From Patellaria atrata CBS 101060 (taxonomy: Eukaryota): DNA of 64,000 nt. Under the pieces are notes generated by a model. The model had not been told where the DNA came from. It saw only the letters and a list, made by a program, of their open reading frames with translations, and searched no databases. The stretch covers positions 895,817 to 959,816 of the forward strand of contig MU006090.1 in assembly GCA_010093705.1 (NCBI GenBank), given 5' to 3'. Position numbers and translations under genes: made by a program. This document shows, in pieces, positions 1 through 12,902 of this stretch. Every line of letters starts with the position of its first letter. Within the stretch, counting starts at the first letter, position 1.

Positions 1-314
1 AACCTGCTAAGATAGACAAGAGATGTCATCAAAGTCGGAACCTGAACGTGTGACCTCTCAACGAGAGAAGTGATGAAAGATTCCACGGAAGGGAGGGTTG
101 AGTCACGTGGGGGTAGGCAGGGAGGATGTTGAGCGTGTGGTGGAGTTGAAGGTGGAGTAGGAGGTAAGCTCTTGTCAACGACTGGTTGTTCACATCGAAT
201 GACCTGTGAAGCTTTGAGTGCGAGGTAGCTGATCATATCCTTCGATACTGGAAGTTGAATGAAGTAATCAAGGGCGGCCTTATTTTGGACATCTGTAGGT
301 AATGAAGAAGCCAT
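1..314 (-). CDS. Pho85 cyclin, Pcl1/Pcl2 (PclA-like) family; 5' part only, runs off the window edge
   Basis: Absent from the ORF track. Manual translation from ATG at 314 gives MASSLPTDVQNKAALDYFIQLPVSKDMISYLALKASQVIRCE...LPSVESFITSLVERSHVQVPTLMTSLVYLSR, the typical N-terminus and start of the cyclin box in fungal Pcl1/2-type cyclins. Confidence 0.85.
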   Translation of the reverse strand, partial: MASSLPTDVQNKAALDYFIQLPVSKDMISYLALKASQVIRCEQPVVDKSLPPTPPSTPPHAQHPPCLPPRDSTLPSVESFITSLVERSHVQVPTLMTSLVYLSR

Positions 315-1425
315 GATGATGGATATGTTGGTCGACGAAGAGGTCCAAGTTGGGGAAGGTAAGATATTTTATGAGGATAGAGAACGTATTGTTCTATTGA
401 TCAAGGCTGAACAATAAGCTGATTGAAGAATATGCCTATCGAGGCGGCGACGAGCAATGAAGAAGTGGCTGTAAGTCGAGTATTGTACTAAGGTATTTAG
501 TACCTTACTATTGTGGGGGATCCGCGAGGCTAAGGATAGAGTTGGTCCAGGGGTAACACGGGTCACAAAGCTATCCGATGTTATGCTTTGCGATAGGATT
601 TGATGTTGTTGGTAGTAACTTCTTGAAGCGTAAGCTGATCGAGGCTGTACGTATCAGGAAGTTGCGGACCCAAGCGAGAAATGGACTGCAAGTAAACAAG
701 GGGGTACGGTATTAAAGATGATTGTTAAATGCTATCCCGACCTGCGGAAATATAGTATAAAAAAATATGATGGACGATGAAAATTTTCTTTAAGTGATAC
801 CTGAATCGTCAGGATGTCCTGGAGGCACTGCCTACTTTGAAAAGTGATGGTGTTGAGAGAAAAGGTGAGGTTGAATCGCCGAGGGCTGTGCCTGGCAGTA
901 AAGGATCTAGAAGTTCGGGAGTAGGCGTTCCTTTGCTAAGGCCGGGGCCGCCGATTTTCCGAAGAGGCGATGAAAATGGAGGATGTTGTTTGAATGAATG
1001 AAGTAGTCAAAACAACGGGCGAGGCACAGGACTTTTTAATCCTGAGCACCTTGCCTTTGGGTCTTAAATGTTCCAATTGCGGCCTGTTAGGAGGTCTTCG
1101 AGATCTCTAGGGAGGCAGTCGACGGAATTCTCAACTTTCTCAATGATTGGGTGTTCTGATCGCTGGCGCAAAGTAACCCTTGTCTGACGCGCAGATTCGA
1201 GCGCGGCAGGAGAAACAGTGGTTGGCTGTCTCAGCTTCTTCTCCCAGAATCTCGTGCTTCTGTTAATTCCTAGGGAGTTAGAGTCAAAAGGCGCGTTTCA
1301 AACTTTGCTGGCTACAATCAACCGCCAACGAGTGATAGCCCCGCCTTCTGTTTGCAATCGATGACTCTATTTCTGCACTACCCAATCTCCTTGAGCGAGT
1401 ACAGTCCTAGGTTCCCTGGAAGGAG

Positions 1426-1439
1426 TTTCGTGTTTCGCG
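1426..1439 (-). promoter_or_regulatory. Tandem SCB-like elements (CGCGAAA, CACGAAA) upstream of the Pcl cyclin
   Basis: The plus strand reads TTTCGTG TTTCGCG back to back; both match the SBF consensus CRCGAAA on the minus strand. Confidence 0.45.
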
Positions 1440-4400
1440 ATCGTTGATGTTCTGTTTTAGAGCATGCCACCTCGCTGCAAGGCCGAGGATAGAATAAAGA
1501 TTCCTAGGCGAACTGCTCTGGATAGGAAGGGAAGCCAGGAGTTCGTGCAGTAAGTAGTCCCGGCACGCTGGAGGGGTACGTATCGAATTCTTGTGATATT
1601 CGTAGTCTGACTGCTTTTGCTTTGTTCTTTAGGTGACACTATTTCTGCGAGGAGTTACACTACTAGTAATACTTTCTTCAACTTCAATGATGCGGTGGCT
1701 AGAACGACAACTGACAAAGTCAGGATGCAACGTATATGCAATGATTATTCTGAGTGTGTGCTGGCAGTGTGTACGGGATGCTCTTTTCGGACGAAAAACT
1801 GTCATTCAAGACAAATAATAGACGAACGACTGGCGGAGAGAACCGCGTGAGCCCCATCATTAATATTCCTCTCCCATGCCACCTGTGGGGGAGGCGAGAA
1901 CATGGCTGGACTGAGCCATCTTGCATGACGAATGTTCAATCAATTTTGTTGATCGATATTGTTTGCGTGTTCTGGTGGCAAGTGATTCCATGAGTCTATG
2001 CACTCTTTCCCGCCTCTCCCAGCCATCCCCAGCGATGACTTGATATGAGGCGAATGTAAACATCAACTTTAAGCTTAAAGCGTCGCTTCACAGCTTCCGA
2101 TCGGCGAGAAACTGCGATAACAGCTGGCATAACCGAACTGATGGGAAGAATGTGAAGAGCATAAAGCTGAGTTCGTTGGCTATGATTTGGTGTTGAGGGG
2201 AAGCCGTCATCAGCCACAGAAATGTGGCTCGTCAAACAACTAGCGGGAGAGTTCGACCAATGATAACCTTCAGGGTTCCCATCCCCCAATCCCGCTAGCT
2301 TCGTCGATCGGACTGCCGTTGATCTACCGATAAAGCTTTTTTCGGTCGGTGCCGAAGCCGTTTAGGAAAATCTCCTATTCCATCCAGCACCAATAAACAG
2401 CAGTGAATAAGGTAGTTGCTATCTTCAGGGAGTCCAGCTCTATACTACCATTTGCATGTCGTTCATGTCTCGGAGAATGCGTATACATAATGGCTGAGTT
2501 ACGGGTCAAGCTACTTGCTAGGAGCATCTTCAACCACTGTCACCCGAACACCTACCTGGTGGACCACGCGCACAAGAATCATCACCTCAGCTCACGAGAG
2601 CGCTTGATTCACGCTTAACTCAAACCTGCGAGAAACACGGTCACAGGAGAGACATCTATGCACTACTAAGAGCCTACATACGTGAAGGGAAGATGATGAC
2701 GACTTTCAGGTAGAGACCGTGTTGCACGCACTCCAGACTGCAACCGACTGTCGGGATGGCGAGCACTGCCCCTCCCCAACAACCGGGATCCAGACCACGG
2801 AGAACTGCTTTCTAATCCAACTTGGACCGCTTCGCACTGACATCGCATAAAATACCAACGTGAGGCATTTGAAAAATCTTCACTTCTTGAGTGTTTAATG
2901 GATGATATTCAAAGATTCTGCATTGCTTCCACATTCGCGCCATTACACGACCTCAGGTCCCATCTAACTTTGTGGCATTCGAGCCGCTTTCATTTGCACA
3001 AGTCGTTTCTGAAGGCATATTGCATTGCATCGCATCACAGTTCTCCATTCAAGATAATATTTTCTATTTTCGAACTCTTGATCAGCATCTGTGTATCCGT
3101 CATTTCAATTTCATCTAATCCGTTCAGCGATGCGCCCGGATGGGGCTCATATTGTATGTCGTGTTGCGCTGAAGCCAGGCCATCGCATTAATGACCTACG
3201 GGGTCTCAACGCTATCAAGCGCCCGGTAACATAGGGCAGGCGCTTCAGCGCGTACGACCATCTCCACATTTGTTTCAATGCGTAAGTCAACTTCGACAAA
3301 TCAAAGCTTTTGTTTGGAATTTCTTTCCATTTTATCATTCACTTCTAGAAGATCTTGAAACTACACCGTCTTCACGTCGACAGAGATAATTTCGCCTATG
3401 TTGCGCTTTGGTCTGTACAGTACTTTGTTTCTTCCAATAATAGATGGCGCAATCATCTCTTCAGATCTGGTTCCTTGACACCTGACGATTCCTACGGTTC
3501 ATAGTAAAGACCCTACCTATATTTGTTATCCTAGAATGATTCCGAAACAGATCTCGACCTGAATATGCTCTTTCTCATTTCCACGTCGTCATACATTTGG
3601 GCCCAAATTTAGACCTTCCCAAATGGTAGTCAACCGGCGACCATATTCTATTATGAGACTCGGTCAAAGCCGTGAAGGTCCCAGTCTACTTTTTCACCAA
3701 TTGTGCTTTTCTTGTTGACATCGGCAAAAGCGAGCCGCTTTTCTCAGTAAAGTCTGTCAACCGTCTGAGCCACCGTATCTCCCAGACCTCTAGTATTCGT
3801 TCATTTTCCCTTCGTTAGAGCCAACTCCGTGCGACAAAACCATATATGTGATGATTCGATTATTGACTTTCGTTGGGTATACAGTATCGAGATGCGATCT
3901 AATCCGCTGACACCAGACTTGGTGGGTCAGATACTTGATACACTTTGTGTTCCTGAATGACCTACAACGTCTCAAACAGCGATCAAAATCACGTGAGATT
4001 ATGGAGTCGCGAAGAAAATTATAACTTCATTCTTTCCTGTTATCCGTTGTGTAACCTTTCTTTCATTTGAAGCGACGTTGTGGCTCGCATTTACCGCATT
4101 ACACCAGCGCATAGTCAACGAGATTATACTCAATTTTGCCTCAACGCTTCACATATATACACAGTGAAAGCTTTATGTCTCCTTTACACTAATCCTTTGG
4201 CACTCGATTATCAATATTCTCACAATTCTTACTCAAGCAGTCACGGCATAATTGTGCAACTGTGTGCTCTTGCTACTACGCATCGTCCAACACAGAAATC
4301 TTATCAATCAAACTTCCAAAAAGAATATCACTGCTGACTCAGTGAACCAGTCACACAGAATCCTACAAATGGTCATTATTACCCAAGTTACGATGTGCCC

Positions 4401-4805
4401 AAGGCGCCTGTACGATCCTGCAGGGGCACCGTCATACCTACCATCTCCGTGCTTTCTCGGCCGTGCAGACGCAATGCCGATCCGCCATGAACATTGACCA
4501 GACGTAACATATAGTACCTGGATACATTTATTTGTATTGGATGCCTACAATCTAATAGATACCATTTACGTCGGTGGAGTATCACCTGCCCTTGAGGCAT
4601 GGGTGGGACTCTGTTTGTCAGTTATGCTTTACCAGAAAAAAATATGCCGATGTTTACGCTATTCCAGGCTTCAGTCCAAGAGGTTTGGTGCTGTATACTG
4701 AACTCTCTCAAAAATTATTCCAAGTATAGTATCCAAACAGGCCGAATGGGGCTTCTGCTAGCTTCTGCATCACCCACGTCTCTAGAGTATCAGCGGGCCT
4801 GAAAA

Positions 4806-4905
4806 NNNNNNNNNNNNNNNNNNNNNNNNNNNNNNNNNNNNNNNNNNNNNNNNNNNNNNNNNNNNNNNNNNNNNNNNNNNNNNNNNNNNNNNNNNNNNNN
4901 NNNNN
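4806..4905. other. Assembly gap (100 N)
   Basis: Run of N flanked by A-rich sequence. Confidence 1.
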
Positions 4906-6062
4906 AAAAAACTAAAAAAACTCATACAGTCCCATGAGGATAGAGCTAGAAGATATCGAATCCACTCCCACAAATCCTCATTTCAACGTGGAGAATGATA
5001 ACTCCCATCTTTAACGGACGTAAGCGTTAAGCTATCAGAATTTGGTCCATCTCTTCCCTTAGATATCGTCTCGTTCTTCCCTTCTCTTGATTCTACCTCC
5101 GGATGCCACCGTTACGGGATCAAAAGTACGAAGAAAAAGGCAAGATTTCATATACTGACGTCGTGTCGACCCATCACCCCGGAGTTCGGTGTTGAGATTT
5201 AGATGATAGGCAGAGTGCGAGTGTTTTCGGCTGCGCGTCCATTCTGTGTAGAGTGTAGTTGTTCAGAAGATAATTGATGGGAGTGGTGGTGATCGTACAT
5301 TTGGCATGTCAATCAAGAGAATGGGACAGAATCACTGCCGGAAACACTGTAATAGGAGTCACGAGTCCACATAGACCACCCCTAGAACCTCTCACAATCC
5401 CTCATTTCTCACCATCATACCCGTTATATATTTGGACATATTCATTTCTTGTAATTTGCGGAAGTGTCGATGGCGCTCGTGTTGAATAGGATGTCTGTGA
5501 CATTTAGTGACGATAGGGGTAAGGAATTCGCGCTGCTATGTGCTCTACCGATCTTTCAGCCCTCCTCAACTTTAGCAGTGTGATAGCAACTCAATATATG
5601 AGTGAATCATACGTATGATGGGATTGAAGGCGTCCATGCCGAAGTGTAGATATTATAATTGTAGGGCGTAGGCCCTAAGGCTAGTGAATCCATTGAATGA
5701 TAAATCTTCCCTATTGATGAAAAGGAATTCGATCCTATCATCAGTTGGAGGTAGATAACCCATTGGATTAGAAACTTCCCATGTTAAGGAAGAAGGATCC
5801 GGTCCTCTGCCATTGTTGTGCTGTCCATTCTTTCATAGTTGGACGAAATTCTTTTGCGTTACGGAAGAGTTGACTACGTGTGGAGATGATCTGGGTCTTT
5901 ATAGTCATTTCACTATCTCTATCAAAGAATATTGCGTACAACCCCAGTGATTACTTAGAGGGAGTTCTTTTCCTAACTTGTAAATATCTGAGTCGGTGAT
6001 TAGTTCTGTGTTGATAGTAACTTCAACACCACGGTTGGAATCGTTGATAGGAATTGCGCATA

Positions 6063-6156
6063 CCGTTAAAATTCACCTGTTGTAACCCGAGGGCATAGCG
6101 TCAGCTAACATTAGCTGACGCTATGCCTTCGGGTTACAACAGATGAGGTTTTACGG
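6063..6156. mobile_element. MITE-like foldback element (Tc1/mariner/pogo-type ends) with TA target duplication
   Basis: Near-perfect inverted repeat with a 2-nt centre: CCGTTAAAATTCACCTGTTGTAACCCGAGGGCATAGCGTCAGCTAA-CA-TTAGCTGACGCTATGCCTTCGGGTTACAACAGATGAGGTTTTACGG. Flanked by TA at 6061-62 and 6157-58. Confidence 0.6.
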
Positions 6157-7446
6157 TATGACGATGCCGGAGACATGATCTACGTGATTGACTGCCAGGA
6201 CATTTACTTCGCAAAGTAATCAGAACTACCTACCTATCAGAACCTTTCCGCCATCCATCCACACCATCGAATACTCCTCGTTGACGTAAGCGTTAGACCA
6301 AGGATCCCTTCTTCGATCTGCGGGAGTGACGTCTGATGGCGTCGAGAGGAAGGGAAGGTGGAGGGGAGGAAGGGAAGCTTGTCGGGGATGACTACCGTAT
6401 GGCCTGATGCGTGAGCTAGGGATGATAGACTGGTTTTGGGGGGGTGGGGGGAATTGAGAATGAATTATTAGCTATACCTTAAATAATAAGTAGACTAAGA
6501 GGAACTTTCGGTTTGTTCGTCCGCTCGCTAGTTTCATCTGATATATCGGACTCGGACCGAGAAATAATCTCCACTGGAGTCTCAACCACTGGGTTGGCAT
6601 CCCTTGACTTGCCTCCTGGCGATGGGACGTTATGTAGGCCTGGCTTTTGGCTCTGGCTCTGAATTCTGTTGCGGTATTGGAAGCCCTGGGTCGAAGTCGG
6701 GTTCTCCAAGTGGAATCTTTACCAACGATATATTGCATTCCAATATTTCATATGTCGCATCGGATAGTTCTCGTCGACGTTTCACGGTATCAATACGATA
6801 TAGTATGAGATCCGTATGTATCTCGACGGGAGTGATGTGGTTTAACGGTTCGTGAGGATATGTAAAATTTTAGAGAGTTTGGACCTACCTGAAGATAACC
6901 TAAGTAAGTCCCTTCGCACTTGCCTTTTTAATCAACAAAATCTAATCAAGTATCGGACTCTTATTCTTTAATAGGATTACAATATCTTAAGTATATTTGG
7001 AGCCACGGCACCGGAGATAGATCAAATTATGAACTATTACTGTACGCTATTTTAATATACTCCTCTTATGCATTTCCATGGGCGAGTTCGTAAACTCAAC
7101 TACCTTGATGCAGATAATGAAGTGAGATGTGAGATCCGCCAGTCCCATTCCTTCGTATAGACAGCCTTGATGTTTTGATGGGGATACGCCTACAAATGCA
7201 GTCCGCCTACGCAAGAGAACAAAGGAAAAGGGTTCGAAACGCCATAGATTCCCTCTCTATTCATGAAACTCCTTCAAAGATTGTAAAGAAACAGAAAAAT
7301 TACGGAAAAAGTAGCGTGTAGGGTATCTCTACTGAAAGGAAAAGATTCTGAGAAGGAAATCTGACCTAAGGAAATAAATTTCGCGCACACGCAGTTTAAC
7401 GCACAGAAGGTGGGAGAATATGGACCTGCAGAAAGTAAATGTACGA

Positions 7447-9482
7447 CTACTCCTCCCTATACCTCCAAAACGCCAGTTTGCTCATGACGCTCTTCTTCTT
7501 CCTCCCGTACTCGCTAACATCCCGCTCTGTCACTTTGCCCGACTTGAGGCTGATCATGCTCTTCGGACGGACCTTACTTCTACCCCGCCTTGGGGTGCAG
7601 CCGCATTTGTCTAGACACATGAGACAGAATGAGAGCCTCTTCGTCGCGCATGGAGTCTCCGTGTCTCCCACCTGAGGTCCACTGTCTATGGGGTGGAAGA
7701 GAGGAGGCGATTGAGGGACTTCGATAAAAGGGGGGGATGTTGTAGTGATGGGAGCGCGAGGGAGCGATATATTTGTAGGAGCAGGAGGAGATGAAGTGAT
7801 TTGAATAGGAGATGCTAGAGGCGGACTGGCTTCAACGTCTTTGACAGGGGAGGATACTTCCTCGGTTTGGGCCCGTTCTGAATCGCTTTCGGGAAGGATA
7901 GGGGAGCGGAGAACCCAACTGGCTCGTGCACGATGCGGACTATTAGTCGTATTTGCTCGACGAACAGATGTATCGAGGGGAGTCCCGAGAGACGAAGATG
8001 ACGTAGAGGAACGGTGGACAACTGTAGACCCAGAGCGTAGAATCTTGGGGAACAGCATTCGCGTTGGTACTCTATCTGGGCTAGAAGACCGGCTATTAGT
8101 AGGACTCGTAACTGCGGTCATAGACGCACTACGTGGAAGGACTGATGGACGCTCAGGCGCGAAAGAAGGGGAGCTTGGAGATGGAACCATGGAATACCCG
8201 TCATCGGTCGAAAATCTACAGACGCTTGACCAGTTCTCCCGAAATGCGACCCAAATGCCTGTGACTAATATGAGCTTGCGGAGAGCTTCGTCGGTAGCGA
8301 ATTTTCTGGATTCCGGAGCGGTAGCATCCATGTAAGAACCTGCATCAGACAAAGCAGAGGCTGGTGTTACTAATGGAGATGCTGCTGAAGGGCTAGGCAT
8401 CGTGTAGGTATCATTTACTTCAATGGCAGCACGCGTCATAGAGGCAATAACAGGGTGTCTCCTCGAGTCCGGACTAATGGTACTAAAATTGAATTTCCTG
8501 TCTTCCGGGGCGAGTGCTGACAAGCTGTTTGTTCGTCTTCGAGTACCTTGCCCCGAGTTGCGCTTGTTGCCTGGTGTTCGGGGGACCCAACGAGCCGTGA
8601 GGCTGAGACCATGTTTATCAGTTGAGACAAACTCGTATACGCCAGTTCGTAATGATGTCGCTTCCCAGACGGATCCATCATCCATAAATATCTCGCTCTT
8701 CCCTACCGACCTCTCTTCATCCTTAGAGTGGGAACACACTATCCCAACAACCTCCCGTGCGTCAGTAGCCTCCTCGTCAGAGTCACCACTCTCCTCAATT
8801 GCTCCATACTCTTGTGCTTTTATGATGAGAAAGCCATCCTTACTTTGTCCACTCGAGCCCTTAATTGCCCTGATAAACTTGCGTCCTACTTTGGTCCGGG
8901 GAACGTAGGATGCGGTTGGTACTACTTCGAAGGCAGGTTTTGGCCTAGATGTAGGGTTCGATTGGTGAAGTTGAAGTAGAACCTTGGGTAGAAGATGTAA
9001 CTTTTGTCTTGGACGTATGGATGGCGGCGGTTGCGCAAGGCTGTATATTGTTTTCGGCCGAGGGGTCCTCTTCTTCTTAGCCACTCCCTCCTCTGTGGAC
9101 ACGTTGCTACTCGACGAAACGGGTCTGGAAGTCAACGCGCTGTCGGAATCGTGAGTTTCGACCTCTGCAAACATGATAGTCTTTTCACTCCGCGTGCTTC
9201 CGGTCGAATTGATTTTCAGAGCACTTGGCGGTAATGGTGTGGGCGGGGGGCGTTGCCGAGCTGCGGAAGTGAGGATGCTGAGCGGAGTTCTCGGAATTGG
9301 GGAGGAACGATCTGGTGATGGTGAAGCTGAAGAAGAGGATTCATGTTTGTCAGGTGCAAGTGCATCCGCAGTTAACATGGAGAAGAACATTGTATCTACA
9401 TACTGTCAGACGAATTATTAAGGTAAGCGGGATGGTTGTCAGGGTAAGTTTCCGTACTCGCATCATCACCCTTATTCGGTGG
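7447..9482 (-). CDS. Conserved fungal hypothetical protein, Ser/Pro-rich with a central folded domain; true start not resolved
   Basis: 647-aa ORF 7447-9390. A probable intron at 9403-9327 (GTATGT..CTGAC..TTCAG) joins in frame to an upstream exon 9482-9404, which itself follows an acceptor, so further exons are likely. Confidence 0.75.
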
Positions 9483-11398
9483 CTAGGGTGTCAAAACAGC
9501 AAGTCAGCCTGTGACCGATCCTTCAGTCGGCCTAGCCAGCGGCCGTCCCTCGAGGGGAGGCTTTTCGCTTTTGAGCTTGTCAATTCGAACTGGGATCCGA
9601 AGTATGCGGTGGAGTTGTCTGTAGACAAAGCACTACTAGACGAGTAGATGCAATTGTTGAAGCGCGTATTCGCTTAAGCAAGGTTAAGTTAGGCTAACAA
9701 CTGGTGGCAGAGAAAGGTGGAAAGCTGACGACGTGCAGTCCAGTACCTCCGACTCCGATTTTAACGGATATACAAAAGATTCGTTCTTCAAAGATGGTGT
9801 GAGAAATGAGAACTGAGACCTGAGAACAGAATGAGCGGAGGAGGGGATGCGGGCGGAGTAATAAGATGATATGTAAGATCTAATAAGAGGGACTCCAAGG
9901 GTTTTCTTTGTGTCATTCATTCGAACGGGGTAGTACGAGCTTGACAAGTCCTACTAGAACTTACAAGCATTCGTTAATTCGATCCAGGTGACGATTTGAT
10001 CTTCTTTGTTTCTTCCGGGCTTTCGGGGTTTCCATGTACAAGTACAACAGACCGATGGTGATAAATAGGGCCAAATGCGGTGAGGTTCACGAACAATCAA
10101 GGCCTTGGTTCCTAAATCTCAAATCCAAAGGCCTCAATTCGTTGTTTGACTGCGATAGACTTTTAGACTACAAGTATGGATCTATGGATGCCTATAACCT
10201 TTCACAGCACGCGGAACGCATCAAAGTGGATCTCAATCGTGGGATGAACGATGGACCAGCAAATCATAGACACCTTGATGGGGAATATTCGAAACTAATC
10301 ATTGACCGATGATTTCCATTCTGAGTCTGAGCTCAGTTAGGAACGTCTCCAGTAGAGATCGGCCTCTCGAAATCCTCGACCAACGACGGAACTTCAAACA
10401 CGCCTTACGCTCAAGCTTCGATGAGTTGGACTGCAAGCACTCGGAAGTAAGTAACTTCCTCAACATCCGATTGCTTGTCTACAATAGCTAGCAAGGAGCG
10501 ATGGAGAACTATGTGTTCATGTTTCAGCTGCGAGGCCTCCTATGGCTTGAGGGAGGCTTCCTAAACCCTGGAACTACATTGTTGGATTCCAACGTCAACC
10601 GTTTTGCTGTATAAAGTTGTCTTTTATAGCGGATGTCAGCGGGGATCGACTTCAAGTCAATCACCAATGAGAAGCCGCTTTCCACTTGTTTATGTTCTAC
10701 GAAGAATAAGTTTAAGGACATTAATGTAGATATGTAATAAATGAATGTTACCTGAACTATCTTCTAACAAGAATAATGTGCCACAAAGAAGCTGACACAG
10801 AAAATAGTGACTCCGCAACCCCGCACACAATATTTCCTTTCAATTATGAGACTTCCGTCGTAGCTTCGATATACAGTACAAAGTACTACTGATCGATTTT
10901 CGAAGGTCTGGAACTGAACGCTGCAAGATCCGTTCCATTCCTTCTCTAGAGGCACAGTGTCGATCAGCCAAGTCACTTGCTCGCTAAATTACCCGCAACG
11001 CTCCGCACCGGCAGACGGAATCCTAAACATCCTATTGCATTTTCATTAAATCCATCTAAACCATCAGGTACTCCAAGTTCCGTGTTCGCGGTCATCGGCA
11101 TTTCTTGTTGCCCGAAGAAGACCTTAAGGTACTCATCTTTTACGGCCGATACTAAGGTAGTTTGTTGTTGAAGTTTAGCTTCGGATTCTACGGAACTAAT
11201 ATCTTCCGTATCTTTGGAGCCTTTGGAGTGTGATGGTCAGGATTGGAAGTGAAACTTCCAGCTTATCTTACAAGTCACTTCCGGAAGCCAGAAAAACACT
11301 TGGACAAAGCACTCAAGCACAAAAGAGAGAAGAGAGAGCTTGAGACCTTTTGGGCAAGCTTTTACTAGCTTTTCCCGCATCTTGCAAAGTCATTACTA

Positions 11399-12902
11399 AT
11401 GCGGTCATGGAGTCCTTACCGTAGGCCACTTGATGATCCTGTCAAGTCTCTGGTCTTGCTTTGGACCGCTTGGAAATTAGTCCTGAATTTGGTTGCAATC
11501 CTCAGTCCATTCCCTGGTTATGACACATCAACAACCATTCTCCTAAACAGCAACCGATTAGTTGGTGAGCATGAAAACCCCATTTTGCATTCGCTGTCTA
11601 GCAAGCGCTGGATCAGTAATTTCGTCAAATGGGATGCAATATACTTCTCCAGCATTGCTCAAAGAGGTTATATCTTTGAACAAGAATGGGCGTTTGGGTG
11701 GGGCTTTACACGATTGATTTCCTTAATCACTAGATGCAAGTATTCTTATCATAGAGCTATATTGAGCCTTACTAACACCAATGGATAGTCTTTTCAAAAA
11801 CGGAATTAGACGTCTCTCCAGACCGTACGGCCTGGGTTGGAGTTTCAATCTCACATGTCTCACACTTATTATCTGTTCTGGTTTTATATTGTCTCGTCCT
11901 GTCCTTGAAACACCAATCAAAGATCCCAAAAGTTGCGTTCATCACAGCTGTACTTCATATCATCTCTCCGGCCGGTTTGTTCCTATCAGCACCTTATGGA
12001 GAATCCCTATTTTCGCTCCTAAACTTCAGTGGGTTTCTCCTATACGTCCTCTCACGCAGGACTCCGTTGAGTGTGAGTAGACGCCGGTTGAAAGATGATG
12101 TGTTTCTTCTTGTTGCAGGCGTTTGCTTCGGGTTGGCTACTACCATTCGTAGTAATGGCCTGTTCAGCGGCATAATCTTTGCATATGATGTCCTAACGTC
12201 ACTACCTAATATTCTCAAAATTCTGCAAGATCCTATCGAACTCCGTAGGATAAGCTGTACCATTTTAGGTGGTATTTCGGTTGCTATAGGGTTTATGATG
12301 CCTCAATGGATTGCCTATTCGGAGTATTGTCTTGTAGGTTCTGCAACCTTGCAGCGAGAGTGGTGTACTCGCACTATCCCAAGTATATATACTTGGGTTC
12401 AAGAGAAGTATTGGTGAGTTTAAACTCTTTAGGGTGTCCAACTCAGCGCTAATCGTCTCCCTCTAGGAATGTCGGCTTTCTCCGTTATTGGACATTGTCA
12501 AATTTGCCCCTATTTCTACTAGGCGCTCCAATGTTGTTTCTATTGCTATGGTCTTCCTATATCACATTCCAGAAGAGAAATATCACGCGAGACCCAAAGG
12601 GTACAAAGACCAGATTTCCACGTCCGAACGTTGGACAAGAGCACATGTGCTTAAGGTCGTTTGCCCTCGTGCAGATTGTGTTGGCTCTGCTTGCGTTAAC
12701 GAGTTTTCATTTCCAAGTTATCACTCGAATATCCTCGGGGTACCCTCTATGGTATCTTGTTGTAGCGCAAAAGGCCGTGGCCGCCACGGCCAAAGAGGAA
12801 AACAGGGAAGACCATCACTTTGCTCAGTCCACCGTTCTTTGGATGGTTACCTATGCCGTTATACAAGGAGGATTATATGCCAGCTTTCTACCACCTGCTT
12901 GA
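11399..12902 (+). CDS. GPI18: GPI mannosyltransferase 2 (PIG-V/Gpi18)
   Basis: Exons 11399-11735, 11789-12413, 12467-12902. Motifs KWDAIYF, EQEWAF, SPAGLFLSAPYGES, RSNG, YWNVGFLRYWT..NLPLFLL and C-terminal FLPPA. Confidence 0.95.

Noticed and set aside
6472..6890. Short protein-like open frames on the minus strand
   Set aside because: Could not link a start codon or valid splice pair, and no family is recognisable.
7231..7240. GGTTCGAAAC, resembling a tRNA T-loop or B-box
   Set aside because: No cloverleaf stems or A-box around it.
7841..8908. Long antisense ORFs (also opposite the thiolase, F-box, ENA and 1266-aa genes)
   Set aside because: Shadow ORFs arising from codon bias of the real genes on the other strand.
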